From Pseudovirgaria hyperparasitica (lineage: Eukaryota): a stretch of 64,000 bases of DNA. This document shows positions 50,619-63,374 of the stretch, piece by piece. The position numbers and the translations under genes are program-made. The stretch lies in the NCBI GenBank assembly GCA_010093815.1, contig ML996584.1. The stretch is one strand, 5' to 3'. The notes beneath the pieces are model-generated. The model was not told the origin of the DNA. It ran no database searches and saw only the letters and a program-made list of their open reading frames with translations. Numbering within the stretch: the first letter of the stretch is position 1; every line of letters starts with the position of its first letter.

Positions 50619-52405
50619 CTACACCGCCCCATCAGCAAGCGGAACGTTGGTGATCGTGCGTTTGAACATCTCCAACGACGCCTTAGGTTGATCGAACCCC
50701 GACCACAGACCTGCCTCCTTAAGAACTAGAAAAGAAAAGTTTCCTGATTGGCGTACTTTGCCGTGTTCGACACCATTGACGCGGAAAGGCTTGTACTTCG
50801 CAGCGCGGAAAGCTTCGGCACCGGTATAGTTGACCGCGAGAGAGACAGCTTCGCCTCCGAACCAGTTGCTCAACCACGTGGCATCACCATAGTAGAGTGC
50901 AACGCGAACGCCAGCGTCAAGCAGTATCTGAAGATCTTTGATAGCGTCTGGGTAGGCCCTGTCGCCCTAGGAAACGATGTCAGTGCAAGTCTAGTGTGTT
51001 GTATAGAGCTGGAACTGACTGTAGTCTCGAAGGCTTCATTAATCACCTTGTTCGATAGGGTGTAGTTTTGGTTCACACCAATTGCCCTCTGGACTTCAGC
51101 CTTGTTCAAATAATCCTTGAAGTAATCCGCGGGTGGTATTTCACCAGATGGCTGGCGAATGTCGAATGGATTTTTTTCCTAGCCATTCATTAGTATCTAC
51201 ATCAAATAATTCAAAGACTGATGGGTTTTACTTCGTAGAACCCACGTTGAACCTTCCCATGACAAAATGAACTGGCTTGGTGGCAAGTCAATTGCCCAGC
51301 GGAAGTTCGTCTGTCTGCTGCGTTGCAGGCTTTAAGTTTGGTCTGACATTCACCAATCGCAGCTTTGGAGTTGGCATATTGTGTATCGTTGATCGCCTTC
51401 ACCTTATACGTGTTGTTGACTGCAAACTCTGGCTCAGAGGGTGTTTGGATGTACAAGTCTATTTCACCGTTACCGATCTAAAGGGACCATATTAGGAATG
51501 ACTCTCGGCGCACATGTGCTGGTATACATACCCCAAGTGTGTTCATCTTGAGCTCAATACCCTCGGCTTTTCCATCTTTGATACGTTTGTTCTGATCGGA
51601 AAAGTATTTAAAGAAGGTAGGACTGTTTGGTCGGTCAGCCTTCGCCTAGTGCCGTAAGAAGAAACTCTCGACTTGCCCATAGTGACCACCATAACTTGAC
51701 GTCCACAAGTTGAAAACTTTACTCTTGACCTTAGAGTCTAATTGCGGTAGAGCGCTATAGAACCCTTGCAAGACATTATATGCCGTGACAGCAGATGCAT
51801 TTGTCGTGTACGTGATAGTCGGATCATCAATATGGAACCGCCCAGCCACCGGAGCCTCTGAGTCGCTCATGAATTTGCCAGTTTTAGGGTCGATGGAGCC
51901 CTCGCCCTGCTTAGAATAGGAGAAGCCTGCTCCGATGGGTGCGGAGATGAACAGTAGGTTGGAGACTTCATTCCAGCTGTATGGATTAAGCCGCGTTTCC
52001 AGATTTTCTGTAACATTGCAGGGTCCTAATTCTTGGAATAGACCGGTCAGGGAGTAGGTACCCTTCGTTCCATCGAGCCAGAGGGTTATAGGGTCATTCG
52101 CCTGGTCAAGACTGATCAGTACGAGGAACTCTTCATTATGCAAAGCTGATGCTTACGGGATCCTTCCTGCTTTCGAAGAACCAAAAAAAGCTGTGTACAT
52201 CAGGAGCGATATCAATATACCCACTGTACGAATTTACGCCCTTTGTCGTCTCGCAAACACCTTCCTTCCCAGTCTCCTTATAGCGGAGTGTCACGCCAGA
52301 TGGCGAAGTAATATTCTTGTAGTCTGAGATATTGGCCGGCACTTGAGCAACAATAGAATCAAGGAGAGCAATCGCTGCTAGTATGTACCGTAAGTAGCTT
52401 GCCAT
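50619..52405 (-). CDS. Secreted serine carboxypeptidase (S10) homologue, predicted catalytically inactive
   Basis: Signal peptide, '[13 protein letters not shown]', '[11 protein letters not shown]', '[13 protein letters not shown]', 'SYGGHYGP', '[10 protein letters not shown]'; frame intact across 5 introns (one GC-AG at 51676-51623). Confidence 0.88.
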
Positions 52406-53227
52406 AATGGATTAACAAAGCCACCAGTGCGCGAACAGGCTGAGAAGAAGGCAAATAAGGGATTTTTGGTCGTCCGCTAGCTTGCCGAGACGTGCAGCTA
52501 TAATTTGTTTCCAGACTGAGATCTTTATACAATCTATCAGGCCTGCAGTCAAACGGTGACAGTCGTAGTGTTTCGAACAGTGTCGAGCATGAACCGATGT
52601 TGGTCAAAGCGTGAACGTGTCAACATAGGGATTGAAAAAGAGAGCTTCGACTATCACGATTTTGTCTTTTATAAATAGACATCCTAGATAAGTCGCAAGC
52701 CTAGAGAGGGCTACTCTTTCTGCCCAACTTAATACATTGTTATGATAATAACAAGAATTATGATTAACATCATTGTTGATTATTTCTCTACACTACTTCT
52801 TCTTATGTTTGGTCTTCTTAGCTGTGTATTTATTCTATTTATAAGTTGTCAAAGAATGGAGTACTCAGGAATACTCAGGAGTAAGTGGGCACGAGCTGGA
52901 ACGTGCACGTGATGGGATGTCTTCATTCAGTTCTAGTTGGTCCCTGTATCTATAGCACCTGCAGATCCCCCTCATTGGCTAATCCTCGTGGACTATCATG
53001 ATTCTGTTCGTGTTTCGTGTTGGCGCTATTAGATCCCTGGTGTTTGGTGGCGCCATAATGTATTACGTGATCAGCTTCACGTTTCAACTTTGATCGCTCA
53101 CTCCCATCCTAGTCAGCCTGGCTGTCAAGCTCGAACTTGGGGATCCTCTCTGCATATGCTTGTTCACTTTGATTCTGTGTTCCAAGCACACAGGTCATGT
53201 CTCATTCGTGACAAATCTCTTGTGACT

Positions 53228-53812
53228 TCACTGGTCGATGATCTCACGCTCACTGACTTGGATCCTTCTCCTTCTATTAGGACTCGGCGACCTCTCTCTT
53301 CCCACTCCTCTCTCCAAACTTCTCCCTCGTCGCCTCCTTTCCGCTGAGTCTCTCAGGGGACTTCGTTCTCGCACCTGAGGAGCTGGCGCGCAATCCAATT
53401 CGAATGGCTCGAAAATTTCATCATCATGGTAGACTTCTTCGTGACCATGCTCGTCGGTAATCATGATGGCAGGCATATCAATGGGGCTCTGCATCTCGGG
53501 TATACTAGATGCTGATATTGGCGATACGTAGTCAGAAGGTGATGGTGGACGTAGTGCTGACGACGAAGTGTATGTACTCTGGCGGGGCGGCGTTCGTGGT
53601 GTAAATAATTCGCTGCGCATTATGAGGAGCGCTGGTGATATGAGAGCCTCGCCGATGGAATGATTCCTACGTCTACGTAAAGCAGAAGGCTGGGGAGCGG
53701 TGGTTGGAGTATCGATCGAATCTGCAGTTGACGACGTCGACGCACTCGATGCAGATGAATATGATTGCGCGCGACGGCGGCTCACTCGCGTCATAGGATG
53801 TCTGAAGACCAT
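53228..53812 (-). CDS. Hypothetical Ser/Pro/Arg-rich protein, 194 aa
   Basis: Single ATG-started ORF with a plausible Kozak context (acaATGG) and upstream TATA-like elements; no recognised domain. Confidence 0.6.
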   Translation of the reverse strand: MVFRHPMTRVSRRRAQSYSSASSASTSSTADSIDTPTTAPQPSALRRRRNHSIGEALISPALLIMRSELFTPRTPPRQSTYTSSSALRPPSPSDYVSPISASSIPEMQSPIDMPAIMITDEHGHEEVYHDDEIFEPFELDCAPAPQVRERSPLRDSAERRRRGRSLERGVGRERSPSPNRRRRIQVSEREIIDQ

Positions 53813-56622
53813 TGTTTTACCACACTCTTGCGCACGAACGAGAATTTATATTGTGATAAGCAAAGCCTAGCACGGAAAAGCAGACAGCAGCGACAAAGAT
53901 GGATCAAAGGCTGGCAGCAAAGTAGGGACGACAACGGACGTATGATATAACCCACAGTTTAAGCATGGATAACCTGGGCGTAGAACGCTGTCGATCTTAT
54001 ACAACGTAATTGCGCCTCCCTCGCAACGAACGTTCCTACACAACGCTGAGCGCCGCGTCGGCCGTGGGAGGCTGAGCAAGGTGAGATGGGCTTGCGCCTG
54101 CGCCTTCCCTGCAGCTAATCCCCGTTCGAAATACCGAATACGGTCTTTGCGATCGTGAGAGCTGGTCGGTACAGCTTATGGTAATTCGAGCGATCACACT
54201 ATCATCATGCGCGCGATGTTAATAGTTGGTCAATCCTGTTAGTTGAGTAGCAAACGTTTAGCGAGGCCGTGGAGTGGCATTCCAAATGTGCCTCCGCTCG
54301 TAGCCTTAAGTTCTATCAGACAAAGGGATAAGAGGGCCAACACAGACCGAGGGGAGAGAAGCGTTGAGGTGGCCACGCGCGCATAGCGAAGCAATAGGGC
54401 AGAGTTGGTGATGGCATTTTGTTGTTCGGGTTTCCTTATAGTGCTGGTCTTGTGGTCTCGTGATGGTTCGGAGAGGCGCAGCCCATAAGCCAAGTCGGAT
54501 CTGACGAATAGTATTATCATTCGCGAGCTTTATCATATGATTCATGGTAGATGTTTGTATTTTATGTCATATAGAGTCAAGCTCTAATAGCTCTCCATCA
54601 CTGAACTCGATACTGCCACAAGATTTATGATCACGTGCTACAGATTCACAGAGCAAGCAATTTCTTTACCCAGCAACCAACTTCCACCATCACTCTACGA
54701 CCACAAACAGTAGTATCCTTCATTCCACTTTATACGTTCGTAATAACAAGTATCACTGTGGTAAGCATCCGCCAATCACCATTTTCTTGCCCCATGATGT
54801 CAAGCATTCCACGAATAATGAGGCTAGGTTACATTCCTCTTTCCGAGGCCTTACAGAAGGTAGACCATTGTCCTCTAAACAAAAAGCGCGCATTTTTTTG
54901 TTCTGTTAGAATACTACTGATCTCCAAAACTTCAATCGTGTCTCATTCCTCTCTTACGACTGTTTACCGGCACGCACTTCTTCACTTGTGAAACCCGCTG
55001 GAAGCACAGCGTGACAAACATTTTTCTCACGGGATCCGATTAACGTCCTCATAAACTACTGAGTTCGTATAGTATATACAGTCGTCATCAGTCCCAAGAC
55101 CAGATGTCTACGAGGAATATTTACTACCATCATGATGATCGACAAGTCCGCCAGAAACAGAAAACCTAGCTCTGGTGTTAGAGCATACGGCCGGTACGAT
55201 TTTCGGATCTTCGCGCTCCCGTGCGTGCTGCCCCAGGCCCCAGTCTGTCAGTGCTTTGGGGTTAGCGGCTGCGGTTTAGCGGCTCGATATCTGTGTTTAA
55301 GCGTAAGACCCTTGCCCACACCACTCTGTCTGGGCAACTCTGGACTGAACAATTTTAATAGGTTCGACAGGATACGGCCACTCTGGCCAGTGAGGCAGTC
55401 AGAATTCCTAACCTACCAAAATGATGGACCATCGAAGTCACATAGTCCTGTTCCTACGCAAGCCGCGATCAAAAACCACACGTATCGTTCACCAGCTTTT
55501 TCTGGTTCACATTTTACCATGTGTCAAATCAACAGAGAGGCATATAATCAAATCGTTGCATCAGGGGTCCTCATAGGGTAATCAGGAGTTCTTGTGGACC
55601 AACCATCTGCGAGTGTCGCTGCTACTAGTCGTCGATCACACGTATGAAAAGTAAGCTTAAATTAGTCAAGCCATCTTGATAGACCGCCATTGACGAGTAT
55701 TGCCGGCTAGCCAGGTTCGACTCGATCGCATTTCCCCGCAACTCGGATTACTCATGACTAGTTGGCCACTAGATCTAGTATATCATCATGCGTACTGGTC
55801 CACTCGGATGTGTTTACCAGGCGAAGCTGGCGAATCATTGACTAATTACCTCGGGAGCTGTTGTTAGCAAAGAACTCTGTCTAGAACCACAACACCGCTC
55901 CAGCGGAAGCATTACGGTGCGTTGTGTGCTTAAATATTGGTATCTCCGAGCTCTTGCCTTTCTGTGGATCTACTAGACTAGATCTCGAGTCTCATGTTCT
56001 CCTAATCAAGCATAGTAGTTAATCTTCAATGGCAATTGGACTTGGCACATTAAGCGTATCCCTCACAATTCTTGTCTTATCAGCATGTCTACCTCGATTG
56101 CAGCGGTGATTCCTACCGTTGTTCACCACATACTCTACTTCTGTAGGTGGGCTTAGTGACGGCAAGGTCAAAACAACAAAAGCTGTCTCTTCATTACTAC
56201 ACGAGTCGCGGATGTAAGCTGCCACTCCACATATAATAGGAACCTGTGCCGCCGGCGCTCACGCCACGTCCTTGACTAGTAAACTGTGCTTCAAACATTC
56301 ATTGGATGGTACACGAACCTAGTTTCTGCTTTTATAATACTACGCCATCATTCGTGTGTATTGAGCAACGCCACAAGACCCCTTGAAGCAATATTAGAGC
56401 CGACATATCATCCACGTCGCCACGATATACGCCCACCAATCTGTCTTCTCGTAATGACGAACTCCAGTGGAGCTTATAATGCGGGGTTTCAACGCCAGTA
56501 TATTCGCCACTCGTTAGTGCTACTTAAATCTTAACCAGACTACCATATATAATGGGCTGGGCCTTGTATATAAGTCTGAACAGTCCGTCCAACGCAGCTA
56601 TTATTTCGTTACACTCGCCATC

Positions 56623-58055
56623 ATGATGAAATCAATCATTGCAACATCCCTCATCGCAGAGGTCGCTCTTGTTGCTGGCTTCCCTGACATTGCCAGAAAA
56701 GTCGCAGAGCAAAGAGCGCTGGAACAAAGACAAGGGGGTTTCCTGCCTTCACTTGTACCATTTCCGGAGTTCCCTGGTACTCCAAATCACGCAGTCTTTA
56801 ACACATTCGACCCCAAGAGTCAACTTGTATCCACCAGCGGCGATCACGCATGGCAAGCCCCTGGCCCCGGCGATATCAGGGGGCCATGTGCCGGTCTCAA
56901 CGCGGCTGCCAACCACGGCTATCTCCCTAGAGACGGTATCGCAACCGCCCAGTCAGTTAACACGGGTCTATGGGAAGCTTACGGCTTGGACAAGACTGCC
57001 ACTCTATTTTTACAAACCGCTACCATGTTCTTTGATGGTGATCCGATCTCTGGGAGATGGTCCATTGGTCCACACTCAGACAAGACTGCTTCTCTTGGTC
57101 CTCTCAGTGACGTTCTTGGGAACCAGACTGGAATCTGCGCCTACGGTCACCTGAAGACTGAAGCCGATGCTTCCATTACTCGTGGTGATTGGCTGGACCC
57201 CAACCCCGAGTTCAACGGCAACTGCGCGTCGCACCCGAAGTTCATGCAAGAACTATTTGATTTGGCGGATAAACGTGCTAATGGATTCATCACACCTCAA
57301 GTCATGGCGGAACATTCGTACAACCGCAAGCAATACTCAATCCAAAACAACCCCAATTACTTTGCGCCGGTATGTATATACACTACCAAGTTACCTTATC
57401 ACCACTAATATCTTCTGAACAGGTTTATGCTGGTGTTGCCTTCACATTCGGCGCCCATATGTTTGCATTCGAGCTTCTCGGCAACCACTCTGCAGAAGAG
57501 CCGAGAGGATTTCTCACCAAGGAGGTTTTCATGGACTTCTTCTCCTACAAGAAGGACGCTGCCGGTAACCTGAAATACACATACGGTCACGAGCGGATCC
57601 CCGACAACTGGTACAAGCGTCACGCCCTTGACGCCTGGACACTCACCGATATTGTTGTCTCTACTGCCCAACAGTGTGCCTCGTATCCCTCCAATTGTCA
57701 AGTTGGAGGCAACACTGGTACCGTCAACAGCTTCAGTGGTGTCGACCCTGGTGACCTTACTGGTGGCCTCATCAACAGTTTCGAGAACTTGTCTAACCCT
57801 GACAAGCTCGGCTGCTTTATCCTGCAGAATTTGCAAGCTGAGATTCCGTCGTTCTTGTCCAATGTCTTGGATCCTGCGTCACTAAGCCTCGTCAACGGGC
57901 TCATTCCTACCGTCCTGATGCCTGCGCTTAAGGGTCTTGACATCAGCGGTACTTGCGGCAACTTGCCTCCTGGTCGTACAACTCCTGGTTATGGTGGTGT
58001 GTATCCTGGCGCGAAGGACATGAATGTGTTTGAAGGTCCTCGTGCTGCTTACTAG
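56623..58055 (+). CDS. Secreted heme-thiolate peroxidase (unspecific peroxygenase/chloroperoxidase family)
   Basis: Signal peptide, 'DIRGPCAGLNAAANHGYLPRDG', 'EADASITRGD', 'HERIPDNWYKR'; intron 57370-57422; TATA boxes at ~56546 and ~56567. Confidence 0.9.
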
Positions 58056-58467
58056 AAGTAATTATGATCATGAAAACTTAATGTTTGTATATTCTACTGG
58101 CAGCCTTTATGTACAACAAAATGGGTGGTTAATGTTGCTTTTCTACTCGGTTGAAGATATAAAGATACGTCAAGAATTAAAAATTATAATATATAAAATT
58201 ATCTCGATTGTCTATGCCCATGAGTAAGGTTGTATGTTTATGAATCTATCCGACAATTTCTGTTACATATCTTGTCTGCTCCTGATATGTCCTGCTTCAA
58301 TCTCACAATCCTTGCACGTACTCACTTTCGGCCGAGTATGGATCTGCAATGTGCTCCCCACTTTCAACGCAACCTCATGATAACAACGACCCGCAACAAC
58401 CCGTGATGGTACGATAACATATCTCCAAGCCTTATCGTATATATGAGGGTTGTACAAGCTGCCCCTT

Positions 58468-60072
58468 ATGAAACGCAGCACGCGCAAGCCCACTAAAGTG
58501 CTCTCTGAGGACGGCGAGCACCTCATCCCAGGCTCTTCTCAACCGCCATCAAACTCATCGATACAAAGTCACGAAGCCAGTATGCCCGGTAGAAACATAG
58601 AGGAGGCGCACATTCCTCTAGGTAAAGCCTCCGAAGTCATAACCTCACATCTCACAACCCATCATGAACAGCAATTCGCCCTCGAAAAACGCACCCTTCG
58701 CAAGATCGACTTGCGCCTCCTCCCGCTTATGTTCATCACCTACAATCTCAATTTTATGGACAAGACAATCCTGTCTAGCGCATCTGTCTTTGGTCTGCGT
58801 ACAGATACCCACCTGGTCGGAACACAATATGCCTGGCTCGGCTCCGCATTCTATTTTGGCTACATGCTGTGGGCATATCCAACGTCCATGCTGATCCCAC
58901 GCGTCCCACTGAGCAAGTATGTTGGTATCAACACGCTTTTCTGGGGTGCTGTGGTAGCGCTTATGGGCGCATGTAACTCGTTCGCGCCACTAGTAGTTTT
59001 GAGAGTGTTCCTTGGTGTCGCCGAAGCAACCATCAGCCCTGCGTTCCTCTTTGTGACGAGTGCGTGGTACACGCGGTCCGAAGTTCCGACGCGAGTTGGC
59101 GTGTGGTTTGCAGGAAACTCGCTGGGCGGGATTTTTGCGAGTTTTATTGCCTTTGGACTGGGGCATGTTGAGAAAGGAATGGCGAGTTGGCGGTGGCTGT
59201 TCGTGGTATTGGGCATAGCGACGTTTTTATGGGGCGTACCGATGCTATTATTCCTGCCAGACTCGATCGCTTCAGCAAAGTTTTTGACAGCGGAGGAGAA
59301 GGAGTGTGCGTTGCAGCGCGTCGAAAAAGAGGGCACGGGTAGCGCTGGCAAGGAATGGAAAGCGGAGCAAGCATGGGAGTGCCTGCGAGATCCAAAGTCG
59401 ATGTTCTTCTTCTGTATATCGCTACTGACACAGTTGCCGAACGGCGGGACACAGAACTTCCAGAACCTAGTGTTGAAGGGGTTCGGGTTCACGAGTCTGC
59501 AGACAACGCTGGTGACGCTTCCAGCGAGTGTGATTGCGTTCACAACAATCTTCGTCACCGGACGGCTTGCAGGAAAGTTCGCAAACATATCATTATACTT
59601 GATCGGAGCAATTGTCCTTTTTCCGCTCACGGGGTCTGCGATCATATATTCAGTAACGCCGTCTCGGGGAGTGAAGCTGTTTGGGTACTATCTCATGTCA
59701 ACAGGGCCTGGTGCATTACCCCTATCACTGTCATTGGTCGGGGTCAACTACAAGGGATCTTCAAAGAAAATGACCATGACAGCACTGCTATTCGTAGCGT
59801 ATTGTACTGGTAATCTAGCCGGTCCTCAATTTTTCAAGGAGAACGAGGCTCCACACTACCCGACCGCCTTCAGAGGCATCATGATCTGTTATGCGCTAGT
59901 AATTCTCGTTGCAATGACTCTGAGAATGTATCTTGCCAGGGAGAATAGGAAGAAAGATAAAACGGATGGTGTTACTGGGTCGAACAGCTCACCAGAGCAA
60001 ACCGTAGAACATACGATAGACGACGACGAGCTGACAGATTGGAATGCGAGGGGCTTTAGGTACCGTATGTAG
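58468..60072 (+). CDS. MFS allantoate/dipeptide permease (Dal5-like, ACS family); start may be 58582
   Basis: 'LRKIDLRLLP', 'FMDKTILS', 'WYTRSEVPTRVGVWF', 'PNGGTQNF', 'GNLAGPQFF', C-terminal 'FRYRM'. Confidence 0.92.
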   Translation: MKRSTRKPTKVLSEDGEHLIPGSSQPPSNSSIQSHEASMPGRNIEEAHIPLGKASEVITSHLTTHHEQQFALEKRTLRKIDLRLLPLMFITYNLNFMDKTILSSASVFGLRTDTHLVGTQYAWLGSAFYFGYMLWAYPTSMLIPRVPLSKYVGINTLFWGAVVALMGACNSFAPLVVLRVFLGVAEATISPAFLFVTSAWYTRSEVPTRVGVWFAGNSLGGIFASFIAFGLGHVEKGMASWRWLFVVLGIATFLWGVPMLLFLPDSIASAKFLTAEEKECALQRVEKEGTGSAGKEWKAEQAWECLRDPKSMFFFCISLLTQLPNGGTQNFQNLVLKGFGFTSLQTTLVTLPASVIAFTTIFVTGRLAGKFANISLYLIGAIVLFPLTGSAIIYSVTPSRGVKLFGYYLMSTGPGALPLSLSLVGVNYKGSSKKMTMTALLFVAYCTGNLAGPQFFKENEAPHYPTAFRGIMICYALVILVAMTLRMYLARENRKKDKTDGVTGSNSSPEQTVEHTIDDDELTDWNARGFRYRM

Positions 60073-62624
60073 ATCGCGTTCCGATTGACAATCCAGGCAG
60101 TACAGTCCAATCCACTCACTGAGCTCGCGAGCGAGAAATTGCGTTGTGTTCAATTATGGGATACCGCCCGTCAATAGATGCATCACTGGAGACCTGATGT
60201 ACCTTATCGCAGGATTTCAGAGATCGTTCTTCTGAACCAGACACTTTGCCTGATACTGTACCAGACAAAGGCACGACCTACCCCTTAGTTCGGTCCCAAA
60301 ACATGTTATCAAGGATATGATAGCCATTTCGTACCTTGTGAGTATTCAGAAACCCTGATACGGTTTACCAGTAGTGTTACTAGAAAAGCGGAAATGGACA
60401 TCAATACTAGAACAGCTCACTGCCTGTTGTTTAGTCATAATACGTCTCAATTGTTCATCATGAATTTCTTCAAGTGCCTCAAAAGAGCATCATTCGCGGG
60501 TCGATACTAATCCCTTGTCAAGAGGTTGTGGTACTAAGTGATAGAAAGCCAACAGAGTCTCAAGAAATCGCACTTGGTGATTTATTTGTAGAGTAACTTG
60601 GTCTTTGACACATTCGTTTAGATGACTGATAGCTGACCAAAAATCCTTCTTTAGATCATGCTAGTGAACGTTCACTCGACCAATGAAATGAAGGCACCAA
60701 AAGTTAGCGCGGACAAGCTCTCTTGCCCCAATCTGGAAACTAGGCTTACCAAGCTTCTACACGTGACTAGTAAATTTTCAAGCTGTCGGATCTACAAAGC
60801 TAGTTCTAATTACTGAAACGACAACTTCACTGTCATGTTGTGGATGATTGTAGGAGTCCTTGCGTGTCACGAATCTTATTGATCAAGATGTCGCTCAGTG
60901 GTACGGCAGTACCTAGCTAGGTCAGGCGTCATTGGATGTTCGATATTGACATATTGTTGAAGCAACGGAACGTCAATTTGAGGCGTGCTGCGCCAGGATC
61001 AGGAGGAGTGGCAGCCTTGCTGAGTGCTTTTGGCCTAGGAGCCGTTGAAAGCTCTTCTCGTTAGCATCAAGCCAAGACCGTGGACCTGATGATATCATTG
61101 GGTCACCGTGCTAGATTACACTAACTCGAAGTCGGTATTGCAGGTCGATTGCCCAAATAAGGCTGTTTGCGACCCTAGCCTTCCTTTTGTTCGATAATGG
61201 AGACCTCCGTCAATCAGATATGTGGAACAAGACATGGACCATGGCTGTGCTATCAAGTAGATCGAGGACTTTCTTATGCTTATTTCATGTTTTAAACACT
61301 AAGAAGTACACGCCATGCTCGAAGCTCAAGATATCTCTAGATATGAGTTTCATTTTTAGACTTCCCTAGGAATAGATGAAAGAGAACTAATGTGTATACA
61401 GCTTTACGGAGACTTTGTTAATACTAAATTAGGATCAAGCATCCGGCCCAGTGGAAAGGTTGAAGATCTTCGAAGTGGGGCCAGGATCTATGCAATCAGG
61501 AGCTTCGGCATCCACCATCTCGACTTGTGTACCGGCCAATGGGATAGGTTGTGCAGGTCGCCGATTTTTTCAGTGCGGAATCCGATGTTTGGCATGTAAT
61601 TATAAGCGCAACGCATGAAGAAAATATTGCATGGTAGATATTCTAAGACCAAAGATATAAATCAACACTGAAGGAATACCCCTTAAATTCCAATAGCGGT
61701 TTTGACCCAACTGTACTCACGCAATTATATTTCTCGATGCTATGCAAGGAACTTCTGCGGGGGGAGATATTCCATCAGACGGACTCGATATATACAAGAC
61801 TCACGACATGTCTCGTATGATCTGTCGTGGGTAATGCAAAGAATAGAAGGCAGTGCGAGCTGATCTCGGAGCAACTTGGCACCTCGGTGGCTGTGAGCTA
61901 GCGTCGGTATCGCCGCGGTGGGCGGCACTGCTACCACGTGTGAGCCTTCGCTGTATCACTTCCTTCTAACCTGGGGGTGTCGTACATATCTACTCATCCA
62001 TTCTTGTAATTCGCCCAATTAGTATGGCCATGACCCTTGCTAATGAGGCTGATCTACATTGCCATACAAGAATCACGATGAAAGGGGTGGGTATTTAAGC
62101 CCAGTAGGTAACCAATGACGCCCGGTTCATGCTGAACGAGTGAAGATGTAATTACAGATGCTACTCTAATTTTTGGGTCGTCTATGTCGAAAAAAACCTC
62201 TAGAACAGCGTTCTACGCCGTCAATGGACAATAATGTTTAAATTTTCATAACCGCTTTGCTGAGTACTTATTCCCAGGCCAAACCCAATCGAGCCAGTGC
62301 AAACTGCCCTGTTCCTGTCTGGCATCCATGCATGCTTCTTCTCATTATTGTGGGGCCCAAACCTGGATTAGTCGAGTCTTCTGTTTACACACCATGCAAG
62401 CACTCAGTCCCTCAGTCCGTCCGTCATTAATGATAATCATGAACTCCATGCAATGCCGATATGAACTATGAATGAGATGCCTGCATAGAGGTATGCATGT
62501 CGCCGCCAGTGTCTGTCTCCAGGACAAATTTCTAATTTTCTGAGGTGTTTGGACATTGTCCATACTGCTACCAGCACAGATGGATGAATACGCAGCTAGC
62601 CGTCGGTTCGTCTACTCGCCGCAC

Positions 62625-63374
62625 TTATCGTTGGGAATTCGCGATATGCTGAATTGTAGCTAATGAAGGGTCCTCGCCGAGCCATTTGCCCTGGGAAGAG
62701 TCCTGCATTTGGAGGGTATTGATAACGTGTTCATCGGTAATCGCTGCTACTTCCTAGGCTGCATGTAAGCAGGTTGACTCGTTATTGCCCATTGATGCCT
62801 GAAGGCTTTACTAACAGCTCTCAATTGATTGTCCACGGCTTGCAGCTGTGGAACATGTGTCACAGTGGGACGTCTGCCCTGAAGAATTGCATAGCGAGAG
62901 TTCATCCAGCGCAAAGCGGCATGTACTCGAAGATATGCACGCTGGCATTGGAACCGGCGGACCGCAGCGTCGACAATGACCCTACGTATGTAAGCATAGG
63001 TTCCGACATCACCCAACTCGAAGAGCCCACTACTGAACATAAGAGTGACTCACGATCTGAGCTGCGATTTCTCTCGTTCAGAGTTTCCGGATGGATTAGA
63101 TACGGTCGCGTTGAATGGTCTATTGAGGACGGCCTCAGCCTCTGCAGCACAATGCCGTAAAAGTGTGTAGCCTTCGAGGTAGTATTCTTCGGCGATAGGA
63201 GAGACTTGGTTATGGGAAATATAGTATTGCAAGTTGCGAAAGTCAGACATAATCTCAGCAACCCGTATCGCGCGTGCATCGTTCACTAATTTTCAGATTT
63301 CCATTTAGCAGCTGTATTAAGGTATGGTGACAATGGTATTTGATGGGGAAGGTGCTCTTACGTCCGTCTGCCAT
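62625..63374 (-). CDS. Fungal hypothetical protein, 4 exons
   Basis: Canonical introns join MADG-L-NDARAIRVAEIMSDFRNLQ...VIVDAAVRRFQCQRAYLR...EVAAITDE...WLGEDPSL..*. Confidence 0.75.

Noticed and set aside
53900..56600. Short ORFs upstream of the peroxygenase
   Set aside because: No recognisable protein features; likely intergenic
60100..62600. Possible degraded gene in the intergenic region
   Set aside because: Only short ORFs with no motif I can recognise
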